A DNA stretch of 64,000 bases from assembly GCA_965208835.1 (NCBI GenBank), contig OZ242358.1:1408001-1472000 (forward strand). The letters are read 5' to 3'. The notes under the pieces were generated by a model, which saw nothing but the letters and a program-made list of their open reading frames with translations, was not told where the DNA came from and did not search any database. Positions within the stretch are counted from its first letter, which is position 1. The number at the start of each line of letters is the position of its first letter. This document shows, piece after piece, positions 38,170-48,256 of the stretch. The translations under genes and the position numbers were made by a program. This DNA is from Candidatus Latescibacterota bacterium. GTDB lineage: Bacteria; Latescibacterota; UBA2968; GCA-2709665.

Positions 38170-38979
38170 CTAGTCCAGTTCCGGCAGGTTCGACTGGTCG
38201 ATGAGAACCCTGATCGAGCGCGGACGACGCGCAACCCGTGAGATGAAGCCCTGCTCTTCCAATCGCTTGAGCATGCTGTTCACGGACGGCGCCGTAACGC
38301 CGAAGTAGCGCTGGATATCGGCCTGGGCGGGCGGAATGCCATTTATCTTGGTGTAGTAGTGAATGAAGGCCAGATATTGACCTTGTCGATAGGTATAGGA
38401 GGTGTCAACGATGGCATCGTAGAATGCGTCAATATCGAACTCAGCCAGGTATTTATTGACATTATCGATGGGGTAGTACTCGGGGTCGAATTTACCCCCA
38501 ATCCAGTCGACCATCGAGGAATGTTCCGGATGATCGGCGTCCGCCAGGGCCTCGAGAAATTCCGCATATCCCTCGACTCCGCCCACATCTTCCGGCGGAC
38601 AGGATCGCTCGCCCGCCAGAACGACGGTTTTGAATTGCTCGTCTTCAGATTCTTCGATTGCTTCGACTTTCACCTGATGCTCCCAACTGTCACCGAAATC
38701 GTATTCGTAGAGAAATTCGACCCCGACGAAGGGCGCCACCTGCTCCAGCGTGAACATTTCTTCTTCCTGCACGTCTTCACCCAAATCGTCGAATTCCGGG
38801 TCGTACATCCCGTAGCGGGTGTCGCCTATTTGAAACTCGTGGAGGTGGGAGTTGGTCCACCCCATCGCGATCTGAAGGTACAGGTGGAGGTCGTCCAGAG
38901 ACCTCTGCCCGTCAACGAGGACGCGTCTCCAGATAGGCGGCTCGATGTTCAGCATGGTGATCTTGAGTTGGTAGATCAT
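38170..38979 (-). CDS. Plasmid pRiA4b ORF-3 family protein fused to a LexA-like winged-helix domain
   Basis: YQLKIT..PPIWRR..LH..MGW..SHLHEF..YEYDFGDSWEH..CPPEDVGG; C-terminal TYRQGQYLAFI..PP..DIQ..V..PSV..L..GFI.R..RSI; SD AAGGAG before ATG 38979. Confidence 0.87.
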   Translation of the reverse strand: MIYQLKITMLNIEPPIWRRVLVDGQRSLDDLHLYLQIAMGWTNSHLHEFQIGDTRYGMYDPEFDDLGEDVQEEEMFTLEQVAPFVGVEFLYEYDFGDSWEHQVKVEAIEESEDEQFKTVVLAGERSCPPEDVGGVEGYAEFLEALADADHPEHSSMVDWIGGKFDPEYYPIDNVNKYLAEFDIDAFYDAIVDTSYTYRQGQYLAFIHYYTKINGIPPAQADIQRYFGVTAPSVNSMLKRLEEQGFISRVARRPRSIRVLIDQSNLPELD

Positions 38980-39003
38980 GCACACGCTCCTTGTCAAGCG
39001 AGT

Positions 39004-39813
39004 TCATTTTTGCTTGATGGCCACCAGAAGACCTGTTTGTTTCCGGATGTGTATAGCGCCCCTGCTGGCGATCTCCCGTTCCGCGATTTTCCCCAATTCC
39101 CGTAATTCCCTGGCACTGAGCCGGTTGAACGACTTGAAATAGGCGACCAGTGGTCCGGACTCCGTAATTCGGAGAGCGTCTTCGTACTTTCGTAAACGTG
39201 CGTTGGAGAACCATTCGTCAAGCTCCTTGCGGCCGCTTTCGAGACTGAACCAGTCGGAACTCTCCTCTTTGTCCGGAAATGCATTCGGATTCACCCTGCG
39301 CCCGAGTTCGGTGATGCTTCTCTTGTCGCCCCTGCCATTTGCGGCCGCGTAAAGACGGCCACCCGGTTTCAATACCCGACGAATTTCAGCAAATGCTCTT
39401 TTGCGGTCGGGCACGTGATACAGCATGTGATTCGCGATAACGACGTCGAATTCACGGTCGCCGAAAGGGATTGCCTGGACGTCGCACACGACGAAGTCGA
39501 ACGTTGCTTCGATCCCGGACAGACCCTCTCTCGCGGCCATGACCATTCCAGGCGAGAAGTCGGACAGCGTCACCCGCCAATGCGCAGGTATCCTTTCCGC
39601 ATTGTGGGTCCAGAGATAGGCCGGTCCGCAGCCGACCTCCAGGATCCTCCCGCCTGAATGCGACTTAAGTTGATCGAAGACCCACGGGTGCCAGCCGCGC
39701 TTGTTCGTGCTGAATCGTGCGTGGAGTTCGAACCTCGCATTGAGGTTGGCCGTGTCTCCATACTGTTCGAGACGGAGACGGTCCCGGTCGGAGTGTCGTG
39801 AGGACGTCTGCAT
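39004..39813 (-). CDS. Class I SAM-dependent methyltransferase
   Basis: LEVGCGP, DFSPGM, IANHMLYHVPD, LKPGG. Confidence 0.9.
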   Translation of the reverse strand: MQTSSRHSDRDRLRLEQYGDTANLNARFELHARFSTNKRGWHPWVFDQLKSHSGGRILEVGCGPAYLWTHNAERIPAHWRVTLSDFSPGMVMAAREGLSGIEATFDFVVCDVQAIPFGDREFDVVIANHMLYHVPDRKRAFAEIRRVLKPGGRLYAAANGRGDKRSITELGRRVNPNAFPDKEESSDWFSLESGRKELDEWFSNARLRKYEDALRITESGPLVAYFKSFNRLSARELRELGKIAEREIASRGAIHIRKQTGLLVAIKQK

Positions 39814-39894
39814 GGTGTGTACACCCGACTTGGCTCGAATGCCGGCGGGCGATTCGCGTTAGAGCGGTTGTTCACCGGCGGCGCGTAATCCCAT

Positions 39895-41646
39895 CTATTT
39901 CTCCGCGCCGTATCGCCTGAGCAAAGCGCCGATGTCTGTGATCTTCGTGTCGAGGCGGGCGTATTCTTTGTGGCCCTGCGGATTCTCGCTCCAGGTCAGG
40001 GGCGTCGCCCACGTCGCGCCCGCCAGATTCGGGTCCGCGCCCGCTTCCAGCATGAACCTGGCGAGCCCGGGCCACTCGAAGCGAACCGCCATTGCGAGCG
40101 GCGTGGATTGCCTCTCTCCGCCCAGCACGTCCAGCTCCGCACCACGGTCTATCAGCTTCTCCGCGAACACGATCCGGTCCTGCTCGGTGACGTGCCAGGT
40201 GATTTCCGCGGTCCAGTGAAGGGGTGTGAGACCGCCCTTCCTGTCGCGCGCATTCGGATCGAACCCATGATCCAGAAGGCGTTCGAAGCAGGCGTAGAAG
40301 TGTTCGGGCCGGGCCTTTCCCGGGTTGCGCGGACATCGGAGGCGCCACATCCGCATGGCCAGACACAACACGTCGTGCATTTCGCCCTCGGAAAAGCCCG
40401 GATTCTGTGAGAGACACAGTGCCACGAGATCCGGATGACCGCCGTGGACGGCGCCTTTCAGAACGTCCTTCGCACACGATGGATCGGAGTTTACGAGTGC
40501 GGCATCGACGGCGATGTTGTCGCTGTTCGAGGCGTAGAATCCAGGCGCGACACCGTCGTCGAACCCGGGAAATGCGCCGTGCCGCAACAGCAGTTTTTCC
40601 ATGGCGACGTTCCCGTTCGCGATCGCCCAGTTCAACGCGTTGCCGGACGCGTCCATCACGGTATGCGCCGATGCTCCGTTCTCAAGGAGCAGCGTTGCCA
40701 ACTCCAGATCGTCGTTGAGCGCCGCCGCGTGTAACGGGGCGCCTCGCTCGGCCACGGGGTATCCTTCGTACTTGTCGTAAGGCGTGTCCGGATCCGCGCC
40801 ACGTTCCAGCAGGAGGCGCACGACCTCAAGGTGTCCCCTGTCGGCGGCAATGGAGATCGGATACGCGTCCATGCCGGGGTAATTCCGGGCCCAGTCATTC
40901 ACGGCGTCGGGATCGCCATCCAGAATCCTCCGCGCGCCAAGGACGTCGCCGATGGCGCAGGCAACCCACAGGTCGTATTCCGCGCCGTGTCCCAACAGGA
41001 TGCCCCCGATGACCGGCCAGAGCGGGCTCGGTTGCGGGTCCCACCCGCGTTTTGGCCGGGGACCGAGCGCAAGGTGGATTGGCTTCTTCTCTCGAGCGTT
41101 CGTTCGATTCGGATCGGCGCCGCGATACAGGAGTTCCTGAGTCACGTCGACATGATGATTCTCCACCGCGACGTGAAGCGCCGTATCGCCGCTTCTGTTT
41201 ACACCGTGTATCCCCGCAGGGTCCGCATCGAGCAGTTCATTCAAGCGTTCAAGATCGCCTCTGACCGCGGCCAGGCATAATTCGACTCCGGTCTCTGTCT
41301 CTCCGGACTGCCGCAACCGCCAGGCTTCCATTGCTTCCTCCACGTCGGTATGCCCTTGGTGGCGGGCCATATCGATTGCCGACACGCGCTCCCGGTAGGT
41401 TATCCGCGTGGGGCTGGCGCCGGCAGCCAGGAGCAGCCTGACCACCTCCAGGTGGCCCTCACGCGCAGCGTAGTGAATGGCCTGATAACCCTGTACCCCG
41501 TCCCGGCGAGCGAGATCGGGTTTCCGCTTCAGGATGGCCTGTACCGATTCCACGTCGCCCCGACGCGCCGCCTTGCAGATTTCGGCGACACCGGCGATCT
41601 CGTCATCCCGGGCCGGTCCATTCCTGCGAGACTCTCTCTTTGCCAT
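39895..41646 (-). CDS. Ankyrin-repeat protein
   Basis: Multiple G.TALH.A..GH.EVV.LLL..GADP repeats; no signal peptide. Confidence 0.92.
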   Translation of the reverse strand: MAKRESRRNGPARDDEIAGVAEICKAARRGDVESVQAILKRKPDLARRDGVQGYQAIHYAAREGHLEVVRLLLAAGASPTRITYRERVSAIDMARHQGHTDVEEAMEAWRLRQSGETETGVELCLAAVRGDLERLNELLDADPAGIHGVNRSGDTALHVAVENHHVDVTQELLYRGADPNRTNAREKKPIHLALGPRPKRGWDPQPSPLWPVIGGILLGHGAEYDLWVACAIGDVLGARRILDGDPDAVNDWARNYPGMDAYPISIAADRGHLEVVRLLLERGADPDTPYDKYEGYPVAERGAPLHAAALNDDLELATLLLENGASAHTVMDASGNALNWAIANGNVAMEKLLLRHGAFPGFDDGVAPGFYASNSDNIAVDAALVNSDPSCAKDVLKGAVHGGHPDLVALCLSQNPGFSEGEMHDVLCLAMRMWRLRCPRNPGKARPEHFYACFERLLDHGFDPNARDRKGGLTPLHWTAEITWHVTEQDRIVFAEKLIDRGAELDVLGGERQSTPLAMAVRFEWPGLARFMLEAGADPNLAGATWATPLTWSENPQGHKEYARLDTKITDIGALLRRYGAEK

Positions 41647-41767
41647 CGCCAGTAATCCCTTTGTCGTCCTGTTCGCTTCCAGGCGCCGTGCTCGCCGTAT
41701 CGCGCGAATTACCTTTCAGTTCGAAGAAAAACGGGGTGTCTGCCTGAACTATTCGGAATCGAGGCCG

Positions 41768-43099
41768 TTACTTCAGACGGACCGTGATCCGGGAACCGTG
41801 TTCTTCCAGAGTCGCTCTGTCGAAACGCGCCGAGAGACCATTGCCGGAAACTTCGACCGTCGTTTTGTCTGTCCTGGTAACCAGTTTGTCGTAACCGACG
41901 ACCTGAAGCCTTCGTATGCCACTCGAGGTAGGATGAGAACCTGCGGCTTCCGTCAATGCGCTGACACCATCCCCGATTGAATACATCATCTCGAATCGCC
42001 CACTGCTTCCGGCGAGTGCGATGTATCTCGTGTGGAGGACGCCGCCATCGACAATTGTCACGTTGGTGGGGTCCATCCCCGTCACTCGCAGCGGCCGTTT
42101 GACTGGCGCTATGACCGTCAGGCTGTTCGCCGTCCGGGAATCGAATGCCTCTCTCTGTCTGACTCGCCGTTCACGCAGGGTCTTTGTATCATATTCAGCG
42201 CCGGCTTCGAAATCATCGATTTCGGATTCGGTGAATTCGACGGTCGCGCTCGACCCCGCCGCATCGTCGAGAGCGCGTGCAAGATGATGATCCAGTGACT
42301 GAAAATCATCTTTCTCCAGATTACTCTTCCAGTCGGGAGCAAACGTGTCAAGCAAAACCGCGAGTGCATGTCCGATCTTGTAAGCGCGGCCCCTGACGTC
42401 ATCCGCAGGAAAGCCTTTTTCAGGCAGATCGACGTTTGTTCTTCCGACTGCACGAGCCTCCACGTATGCGGCCAAGCCTTCCAGAAGTTCCTCCCGTTTT
42501 TCGTACGAGGAGAATCCTGCATCCATCATGCTGAATCGATCTTTACGAGCCTCGAGGGCCCGGCGCGTCCAGGAAGATTTCTCCTGCCGATCGTCCGTAG
42601 CCAGCGCTCGGCGAAGCGATTCGGTCTCGATACGCCGGAGTTGCAATAACGCTCTTTCGGTCATGGGGTAAAGAAACAGCGTGCGGATGTCTGGTGCCCA
42701 TGCGGGATGATGCTGAGACTGAAAAACGTGAAACGCCTCGTGAATGGCCATCGAGGCAATATCCACGGGCGTTTGACGTGGAATCGCAGCGTCTGTCAGC
42801 AGGCTCGCAACCGGCGCACCATCAAGGTCGATTGTACTATTCCCCACCACCGCAGGATGTCTTCCATTGAACAAGAGCGCGGGATAACCACATGCGTTGA
42901 CTTCCGCAAAACCTTCCGGCACGCCGGGATAGCGAAAGAGATAGGTGTTTCTACCGTCATAGTAGGCAACGGGGACCGAAAGAGGATCAAAATTAGGCCA
43001 TAGCTCTCGTTTCGCAGCCAGGTGCGCGATCTCTCTGGACAATTCTGCCGCTCGCGACAGCTCTTCGGGTTCTGGCGCCATAAGAGATGGACGGGACAA
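41768..43099 (-). CDS. Hypothetical protein, possible gluzincin metallopeptidase
   Basis: IHEAFHVFQ (HExxH) and downstream LEGLAAYVE. Confidence 0.65.
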   Translation of the reverse strand: MSRPSLMAPEPEELSRAAELSREIAHLAAKRELWPNFDPLSVPVAYYDGRNTYLFRYPGVPEGFAEVNACGYPALLFNGRHPAVVGNSTIDLDGAPVASLLTDAAIPRQTPVDIASMAIHEAFHVFQSQHHPAWAPDIRTLFLYPMTERALLQLRRIETESLRRALATDDRQEKSSWTRRALEARKDRFSMMDAGFSSYEKREELLEGLAAYVEARAVGRTNVDLPEKGFPADDVRGRAYKIGHALAVLLDTFAPDWKSNLEKDDFQSLDHHLARALDDAAGSSATVEFTESEIDDFEAGAEYDTKTLRERRVRQREAFDSRTANSLTVIAPVKRPLRVTGMDPTNVTIVDGGVLHTRYIALAGSSGRFEMMYSIGDGVSALTEAAGSHPTSSGIRRLQVVGYDKLVTRTDKTTVEVSGNGLSARFDRATLEEHGSRITVRLK

Positions 43100-43126
43100 T
43101 TGAATACGACCCTTCCTGAATGATGC

Positions 43127-45451
43127 TTAAATCAGATCCGAGGTCTCCACCAGTTTCCACGTATCTCCCCGGTCCGGGGACATCATCAGCGAGCGGCGGC
43201 TGTCCGGGTGGTCATTCCGGTAAAACCAGTACGTCGAAAAGTAGTCGTACGAGAGGAACAGCCGCCCGATACGGTCAATGGTGAGGCGGTGGTAGAAGAC
43301 GCTGTATTCGGAGAACGGTGGCACGACGAGGACACGGGGTTCCTGCCATGCGCCGCCCTGGGGGCGCTGCTGATGGGCGAGCGTCGCATAGTTGCCGGCC
43401 GGGAAGAAGCTTGTGCCGTTCCACCAGAGTCTGAAGGCCGAATGCAGCGTGTCTTCCGGGTCGCAAACGAAGCCGATGTAGGTCTGCCGCGCGTCCGGCC
43501 AGGCTTCCCGGGGTTCCGACCAGCCGGCGTCAGCCGTGTTCGAGCCCAGCGATCGGGCGTACGGAAAAGGGCATCCGTGGGTGCCGGACAGCGCATGCAG
43601 ATAGCCCTGCCCGTCCATGGTGATGCTGGGAGAGTTGTGGATATCGTTCGCGGGGGGTCCGTAGCCGACCAGCGCGGGCGCGCCCATCTCCCGCGTTTCC
43701 CTGTCGATTGTGGCGACGTACGTCGGCACACCGGGAACGTCTTCGTCCGGGTCGGTCGCTTCGGCCCAGATGACGTGTACCTTGCCTTCCCTCGAGACCA
43801 CCGAAGCCGGAATCCCGGAGTGCTGGGAGAGACCGATGCACCGATCGGAGACGAGAATCGGTTCGCCCAGCGACAGCCCGTGAGATGTCTTCTCGGGCAG
43901 AAAAACCTCCAGGTCATTGACTTTCCGCCAGAAAAGGCGTACATCTTCCCCGGTAAGGGAGTAGCGGAGGATGGGTGGCGGGCCGTCACTGGAATTATGG
44001 CCGGTGAACCATTCGATATCGAACGTCCGCGGACAATCCTCCCTGCCGGGGATCGCGCACGCGGAAAACGAGTGGCCCTGGTCCGCGGAATACAGCAGGT
44101 TGGGTTGACCGTTGACATTGACCACATTATATAGTAGATTCTCGCCATCGAAGGCAATCTTGGTGGACGCGGTCCCAAGCACCCCGTTCTCCATGCCCCG
44201 GACGGCATTCCGGAAGTCGGTCTCGGTCCAGCGACCGTCCCGCAATGCGCTGATCCCTCTTTCGGTACGAACGAATGGCCGGTTGTCGAGATCGAAATAG
44301 ACCTGGTTCTCTACCGGACAGTCGGGCACGAAACCGAATTGTGCGTTCTCATGTTCGTAGGGCTTAAGAACCAGGGGCAGGCGGATGGGTTGTCGAACAG
44401 GCGAACTTCCGGTCCTGAGCGTTAACGTGGAATACGTGGATACTTCGGGGTAGGTTTCGGACGTGGCCCTCAGCCGGCACGTAAAGGGTTCATCTTCGCC
44501 TGTGGAATCGGGCATCTGGTAATGGGCAGTGACGTGCGCGCGCTCCATCGCGCCAAGATTGACGGTGTCCGCGGAGAGTTTCACGGGAAGGGCGGCCGCC
44601 CCATCGCATTCGGGCGTCAGACGCACGGTCTGCGGGCTGTTGGAACTGTTCCTCACCTGGAAGTCGATCGCACCGGACGCTCCTGGGCGGACGTTCAGGT
44701 TTCGGTTGTAGGGTGTGAGCAACCAGCGACAGGCGTGGAGGGGGAAGAAAGTCTCCAGGTGCGGGGTCCAGTAGGACATATTCGCGTGCGGGTCGTCGTC
44801 TGTCCAGCGCGTGCCGCCGTCGATGTGTATAACGGCTTGCTGGGCGGGCAGGTGGAGGCGCCAGGGCGTGGGACGGTGAGCGCGTGCCGGGAACGTATGC
44901 GTGACGCGTCCGCTCCGAACCCTAAGGGTATCTACGGTGCTGCCGGAAGCATCGAATACGGACAGCGCTTTCACAGAACGGGGCAGGTCTTCGATCTCCA
45001 CGGCGAACGCATCGCGGGGAGGAAGAAAGCAGACGTCGCCGGAATGCTCCGGCGCGAGCAGGACGATGGGTTCCTCGTGTCTGGCGTCCTTGTGCCCTCG
45101 GGAAGTCTCGATGAGGTAATGCCTGCAGTTGGTGCGGAAAGCCCAGACGATTTCCTCGCCGTACCTGTCATTGGAAATCGTGATGTTGAGCTTGTAGATA
45201 CCTTTGTGGTTGACAAGCGTCGACAACCGTGTATGTTGAAGTGGACCGATGCCATTGCATGGGCCGGTGTCGGGGAGCGTCACCTCCTGTACGACCTTTC
45301 GGTCGGGCGTTACCAACAGCGCGCGCAGGTCCGTGCGGCGGTTGTGGACGTTGCGGTCGCGTTTCTGCAGGTCAATGGCAAGCTCGCCGGGTGTGGCCAG
45401 AAAATACGCGCCTCCGGTGCCGCCTGTACCCCATCGAATCGTCGAATCCAT
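43127..45451 (-). CDS. BNR-4 repeat-containing protein (putative carbohydrate-active beta-propeller)
   Basis: DIHNSPSITMDGQGYLH..GTHG, YSVFYHRLTIDR; Asp-boxes SADQGHSF and SPDRGDTW. Confidence 0.75.
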   Translation of the reverse strand: MDSTIRWGTGGTGGAYFLATPGELAIDLQKRDRNVHNRRTDLRALLVTPDRKVVQEVTLPDTGPCNGIGPLQHTRLSTLVNHKGIYKLNITISNDRYGEEIVWAFRTNCRHYLIETSRGHKDARHEEPIVLLAPEHSGDVCFLPPRDAFAVEIEDLPRSVKALSVFDASGSTVDTLRVRSGRVTHTFPARAHRPTPWRLHLPAQQAVIHIDGGTRWTDDDPHANMSYWTPHLETFFPLHACRWLLTPYNRNLNVRPGASGAIDFQVRNSSNSPQTVRLTPECDGAAALPVKLSADTVNLGAMERAHVTAHYQMPDSTGEDEPFTCRLRATSETYPEVSTYSTLTLRTGSSPVRQPIRLPLVLKPYEHENAQFGFVPDCPVENQVYFDLDNRPFVRTERGISALRDGRWTETDFRNAVRGMENGVLGTASTKIAFDGENLLYNVVNVNGQPNLLYSADQGHSFSACAIPGREDCPRTFDIEWFTGHNSSDGPPPILRYSLTGEDVRLFWRKVNDLEVFLPEKTSHGLSLGEPILVSDRCIGLSQHSGIPASVVSREGKVHVIWAEATDPDEDVPGVPTYVATIDRETREMGAPALVGYGPPANDIHNSPSITMDGQGYLHALSGTHGCPFPYARSLGSNTADAGWSEPREAWPDARQTYIGFVCDPEDTLHSAFRLWWNGTSFFPAGNYATLAHQQRPQGGAWQEPRVLVVPPFSEYSVFYHRLTIDRIGRLFLSYDYFSTYWFYRNDHPDSRRSLMMSPDRGDTWKLVETSDLI

Positions 45452-45804
45452 GGTCGTCGCCTCCGGTTTGCTGTCGATGTCCAGTACGTGTACAAGTATA
45501 AGGTTGGGTGGCGCTAATTAAAACGAAAATAAGCCGGGGGCGGGGTCTGCGGAACTGCTTTTCTTCGGGTCGCGTCCGGTGCGTTTCGCCTTGGTACCGC
45601 GAGACACGAAGCTGGAATTTTGGAACGAAGACGCGAATTATGAAGTCGAAAGGCTAATGAAGAGACCATGCCTCGACGTCGTTTCGACTTGGGGGTTATG
45701 TATTCACAACCTTCACGTAACCGGCCCGTAACATTGAGGACATACATTATAAAGTTGATGGTTTATTGTCGCGGTTTGTTTCATATACCGTGAGGGGGGG
45801 CAAG

Positions 45805-46575
45805 ATGAAGTTCGTGCTGCATCGGTTTGAAGGATCCATCCTGTCGACTCTGGCCGCCCAGCGGGATAAACGCAAGCGTTTTCAGCTGCTTCTTGCGGAT
45901 CAGCGGACCGGCGTCCAGGTGGAAAAACGGGACAAGGACCCGGAGGCGGACCTGAAGCGGCGGTACGGACAGGTTCTCGGCCTTTCCTTCGCGCTTTCCG
46001 TCGCGTTGCATGCCGGAATCGCCGTTCTGTATCCAACCCTGGATATTCAGGCCACAACTTCGAAAGCGGAACAGATTATCATTCATGTCGAGGACCTTCC
46101 CGAGACCCGGCAGATCACACGTCCGCCACCGCCGCCCCGTCCGGCCATTCCCATCGAAACCGAAGACGAGAACATCCCGGACGACATGACGATCGAGACC
46201 ACCGATCTCGAACTGGAAGACGTGCCGCTGGATCTGCCGCCGCCTCCGACGGCAGAAAGCGAAGCCGTTCTTATCGAAGAGGAGGAAATCCTGGAGGTGT
46301 GGAAGGTGGAGCAGAAGCCGAGGTTGATCAGGCGGGCGCTTCCGGTGTATCCCCAGTTTGCGCTTCGGGCCGGCCTGCAAGGATCCGTGATGCTGAAAGT
46401 GCTTCTTGGCCGGCACGGCAAGGCGGAACAGATCCAGGTGTTGAAGGGCGAGGAGATCTTCCGGGCATCGGCCAAAGATGCCGTGAGCAAGTTTCTGTTC
46501 GAGCCGGCCCGTCAAAGTGACCGGCCCGTTAAAGTGTGGCTGGTGATCCCGATCCATTTCAAGCTGCAGGACTGA
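45805..46575 (+). CDS. tonB: Energy transducer TonB
   Basis: TM anchor with SVALH, Pro-rich spacer, YP..A...G.QG.V and F.PA..PV; start ATG 45805. Confidence 0.88.
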   Translation: MKFVLHRFEGSILSTLAAQRDKRKRFQLLLADQRTGVQVEKRDKDPEADLKRRYGQVLGLSFALSVALHAGIAVLYPTLDIQATTSKAEQIIIHVEDLPETRQITRPPPPPRPAIPIETEDENIPDDMTIETTDLELEDVPLDLPPPPTAESEAVLIEEEEILEVWKVEQKPRLIRRALPVYPQFALRAGLQGSVMLKVLLGRHGKAEQIQVLKGEEIFRASAKDAVSKFLFEPARQSDRPVKVWLVIPIHFKLQD

Positions 46576-46712
46576 GTCTGCGCGAAATCCGAATCATTGC
46601 AATATGGCGGAAAATCCGTTACATTCATTTAATTGAGTGTGGCATCCCGAGACGGTGTTTCAGTCATTCGTGGACGGCCAGGACCTGAAATTCACAATTG
46701 CAAACGTAACCC

Positions 46713-47849
46713 ATGGGGTCAGCCTTGTTTACCAAGATTCGCAGTCTGTTCGTTTTCTCGCTCGTCGCTGCCGTGAGCTGGGGCTGCGCTGCAGATGGTC
46801 TGCCCGAAAAGATCGAGATCGGCGTCGCACTCCCGCTGACCGGTCCGCAGATCTTATACGGCGCGCCGGCGTGGGAAGGCATCCAGTTCGCCCTTGAAGA
46901 AATCAACGGTTCATCTATACTCGGGGGCTCGAGCATCGAGTTCATCAGGGAGGATTCCCGAGGCACGGTTGATGCCGCCACGAAAGCGTTCAATAAACTC
47001 ATCAAAGAGGACGGTGTGTCCGTCATCCTGGGTCCCGGTATCTCCACCGTGGCGAAGGAAGTGTTTCCGATCGCTCAACAGAGCGGGGTTCTGGCCTTAA
47101 GTCCGACGTCGACCGCCGTCGGCCTGAGCGCGATCGGCGACTATATCTTCCGCACAGGTCTCAACGTTGGCACGCTCGCTCCAGGCGCCGTCAAGGGTAC
47201 TAAGGAGAAACTGAGGTATCGAAGCGTGGCGATTATGGTCGATTCGACCGACGTGTATTCCCTCAGCCTGGACGAGGAATTGCGCAACGCCCTGGCCGAG
47301 AACGATGTCCGGATTCTGACACGGGAGACTTTTGCAACGGGCGACACCTCGTTTGACGACCAGCTGAGCAGAATAATGGCTTTGAAGCCACATGCCGTGT
47401 TTGTCTCGTGTCTGGCGGCGGAGATGATTCAAGTACTGGTCAACGCCCGTGAGGCTGGCATCCCTTCAACGATTCCTGTGATCATACCTGAACTGTCCCT
47501 GGCCGAAGTCAAGAAAGCGGGCGACGCCGCCGAAGGCGCGATTTCCGTATTGAGTTGGGCAAGCAACGCTTCCACTCCCGGGAACCAGGCCTTCGTCGAA
47601 AATTACATCGCCAGGTACGGCTATGAACCGCATCCATGGGGCGCGATTTCTTACGTCTCGCTGCTTGTTCTCGCCGAAGCAATAGCGGAAACCGGATCGA
47701 TGAACGCGAGTGCGATCAAACGCGCGATGATCAATACCCGGGAGGTCGATACGATTCTGGGGCGTTTCTCGTTCAATCCCGATGGCGACGCGGTTTACAA
47801 TCCCATTGTGCTGAAGGTGCGGAACGGTGCCTTTGAAGTCTTCAAGTAA
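46713..47849 (+). CDS. Branched-chain amino-acid ABC substrate-binding lipoprotein (LivJ-like), standalone
   Basis: Lipobox SWGC, IGVALPLTG, EEIN, YIFRT, GRFSFNPDGD. Confidence 0.88.
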   Translation: MGSALFTKIRSLFVFSLVAAVSWGCAADGLPEKIEIGVALPLTGPQILYGAPAWEGIQFALEEINGSSILGGSSIEFIREDSRGTVDAATKAFNKLIKEDGVSVILGPGISTVAKEVFPIAQQSGVLALSPTSTAVGLSAIGDYIFRTGLNVGTLAPGAVKGTKEKLRYRSVAIMVDSTDVYSLSLDEELRNALAENDVRILTRETFATGDTSFDDQLSRIMALKPHAVFVSCLAAEMIQVLVNAREAGIPSTIPVIIPELSLAEVKKAGDAAEGAISVLSWASNASTPGNQAFVENYIARYGYEPHPWGAISYVSLLVLAEAIAETGSMNASAIKRAMINTREVDTILGRFSFNPDGDAVYNPIVLKVRNGAFEVFK

Positions 47850-47871
47850 GCCAATCTATGGCCCCGGCTGA

Positions 47872-48057
47872 GAAGCTGTCTTAAAATTCCCAGCGGTCTT
47901 CGCACGGCTGCAAAAGCGCCGGTCGGCGTTGGTCAAACCCACCCATCTTACGAGATCGAGGCTGCGCTTGCTCGCCTCTCATAGCCGGATTTTCCCGCCT
48001 TGACCGCCGCATTTTCGCTCGCGCTCGGGAACTCACCGGTAATTTTAAAACAGCTTC
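47872..48057. mobile_element. MITE family A, copy 2 (186 bp)
   Basis: Same TIRs as 13219-13403; perfect 3-bp TGA/TGA flanks. Confidence 0.9.
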
Positions 48058-48130
48058 TGAGATCTTGGGCACTCAGGTCCTTTTTTCCGGATATCCTTAA
48101 AAACCCGCTTAATTTGAGACTCGTACATGC

Positions 48131-48160
48131 GAAGGGCCCCGGTATATCCGGGGCCCTTTT
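48131..48160. terminator. Intrinsic terminator between convergent genes
   Basis: AAGGGCCCCGG-TATAT-CCGGGGCCCTTTT. Confidence 0.8.
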
Positions 48161-48256
48161 CGTGACGCCTCCCTGGACCGGGGCATCTTGCCCACGCTGC
48201 GCCACTTCCGGTCCTGCCACATTACGGCGCTGACGTCAATTGATTGGGTCTTTGAT

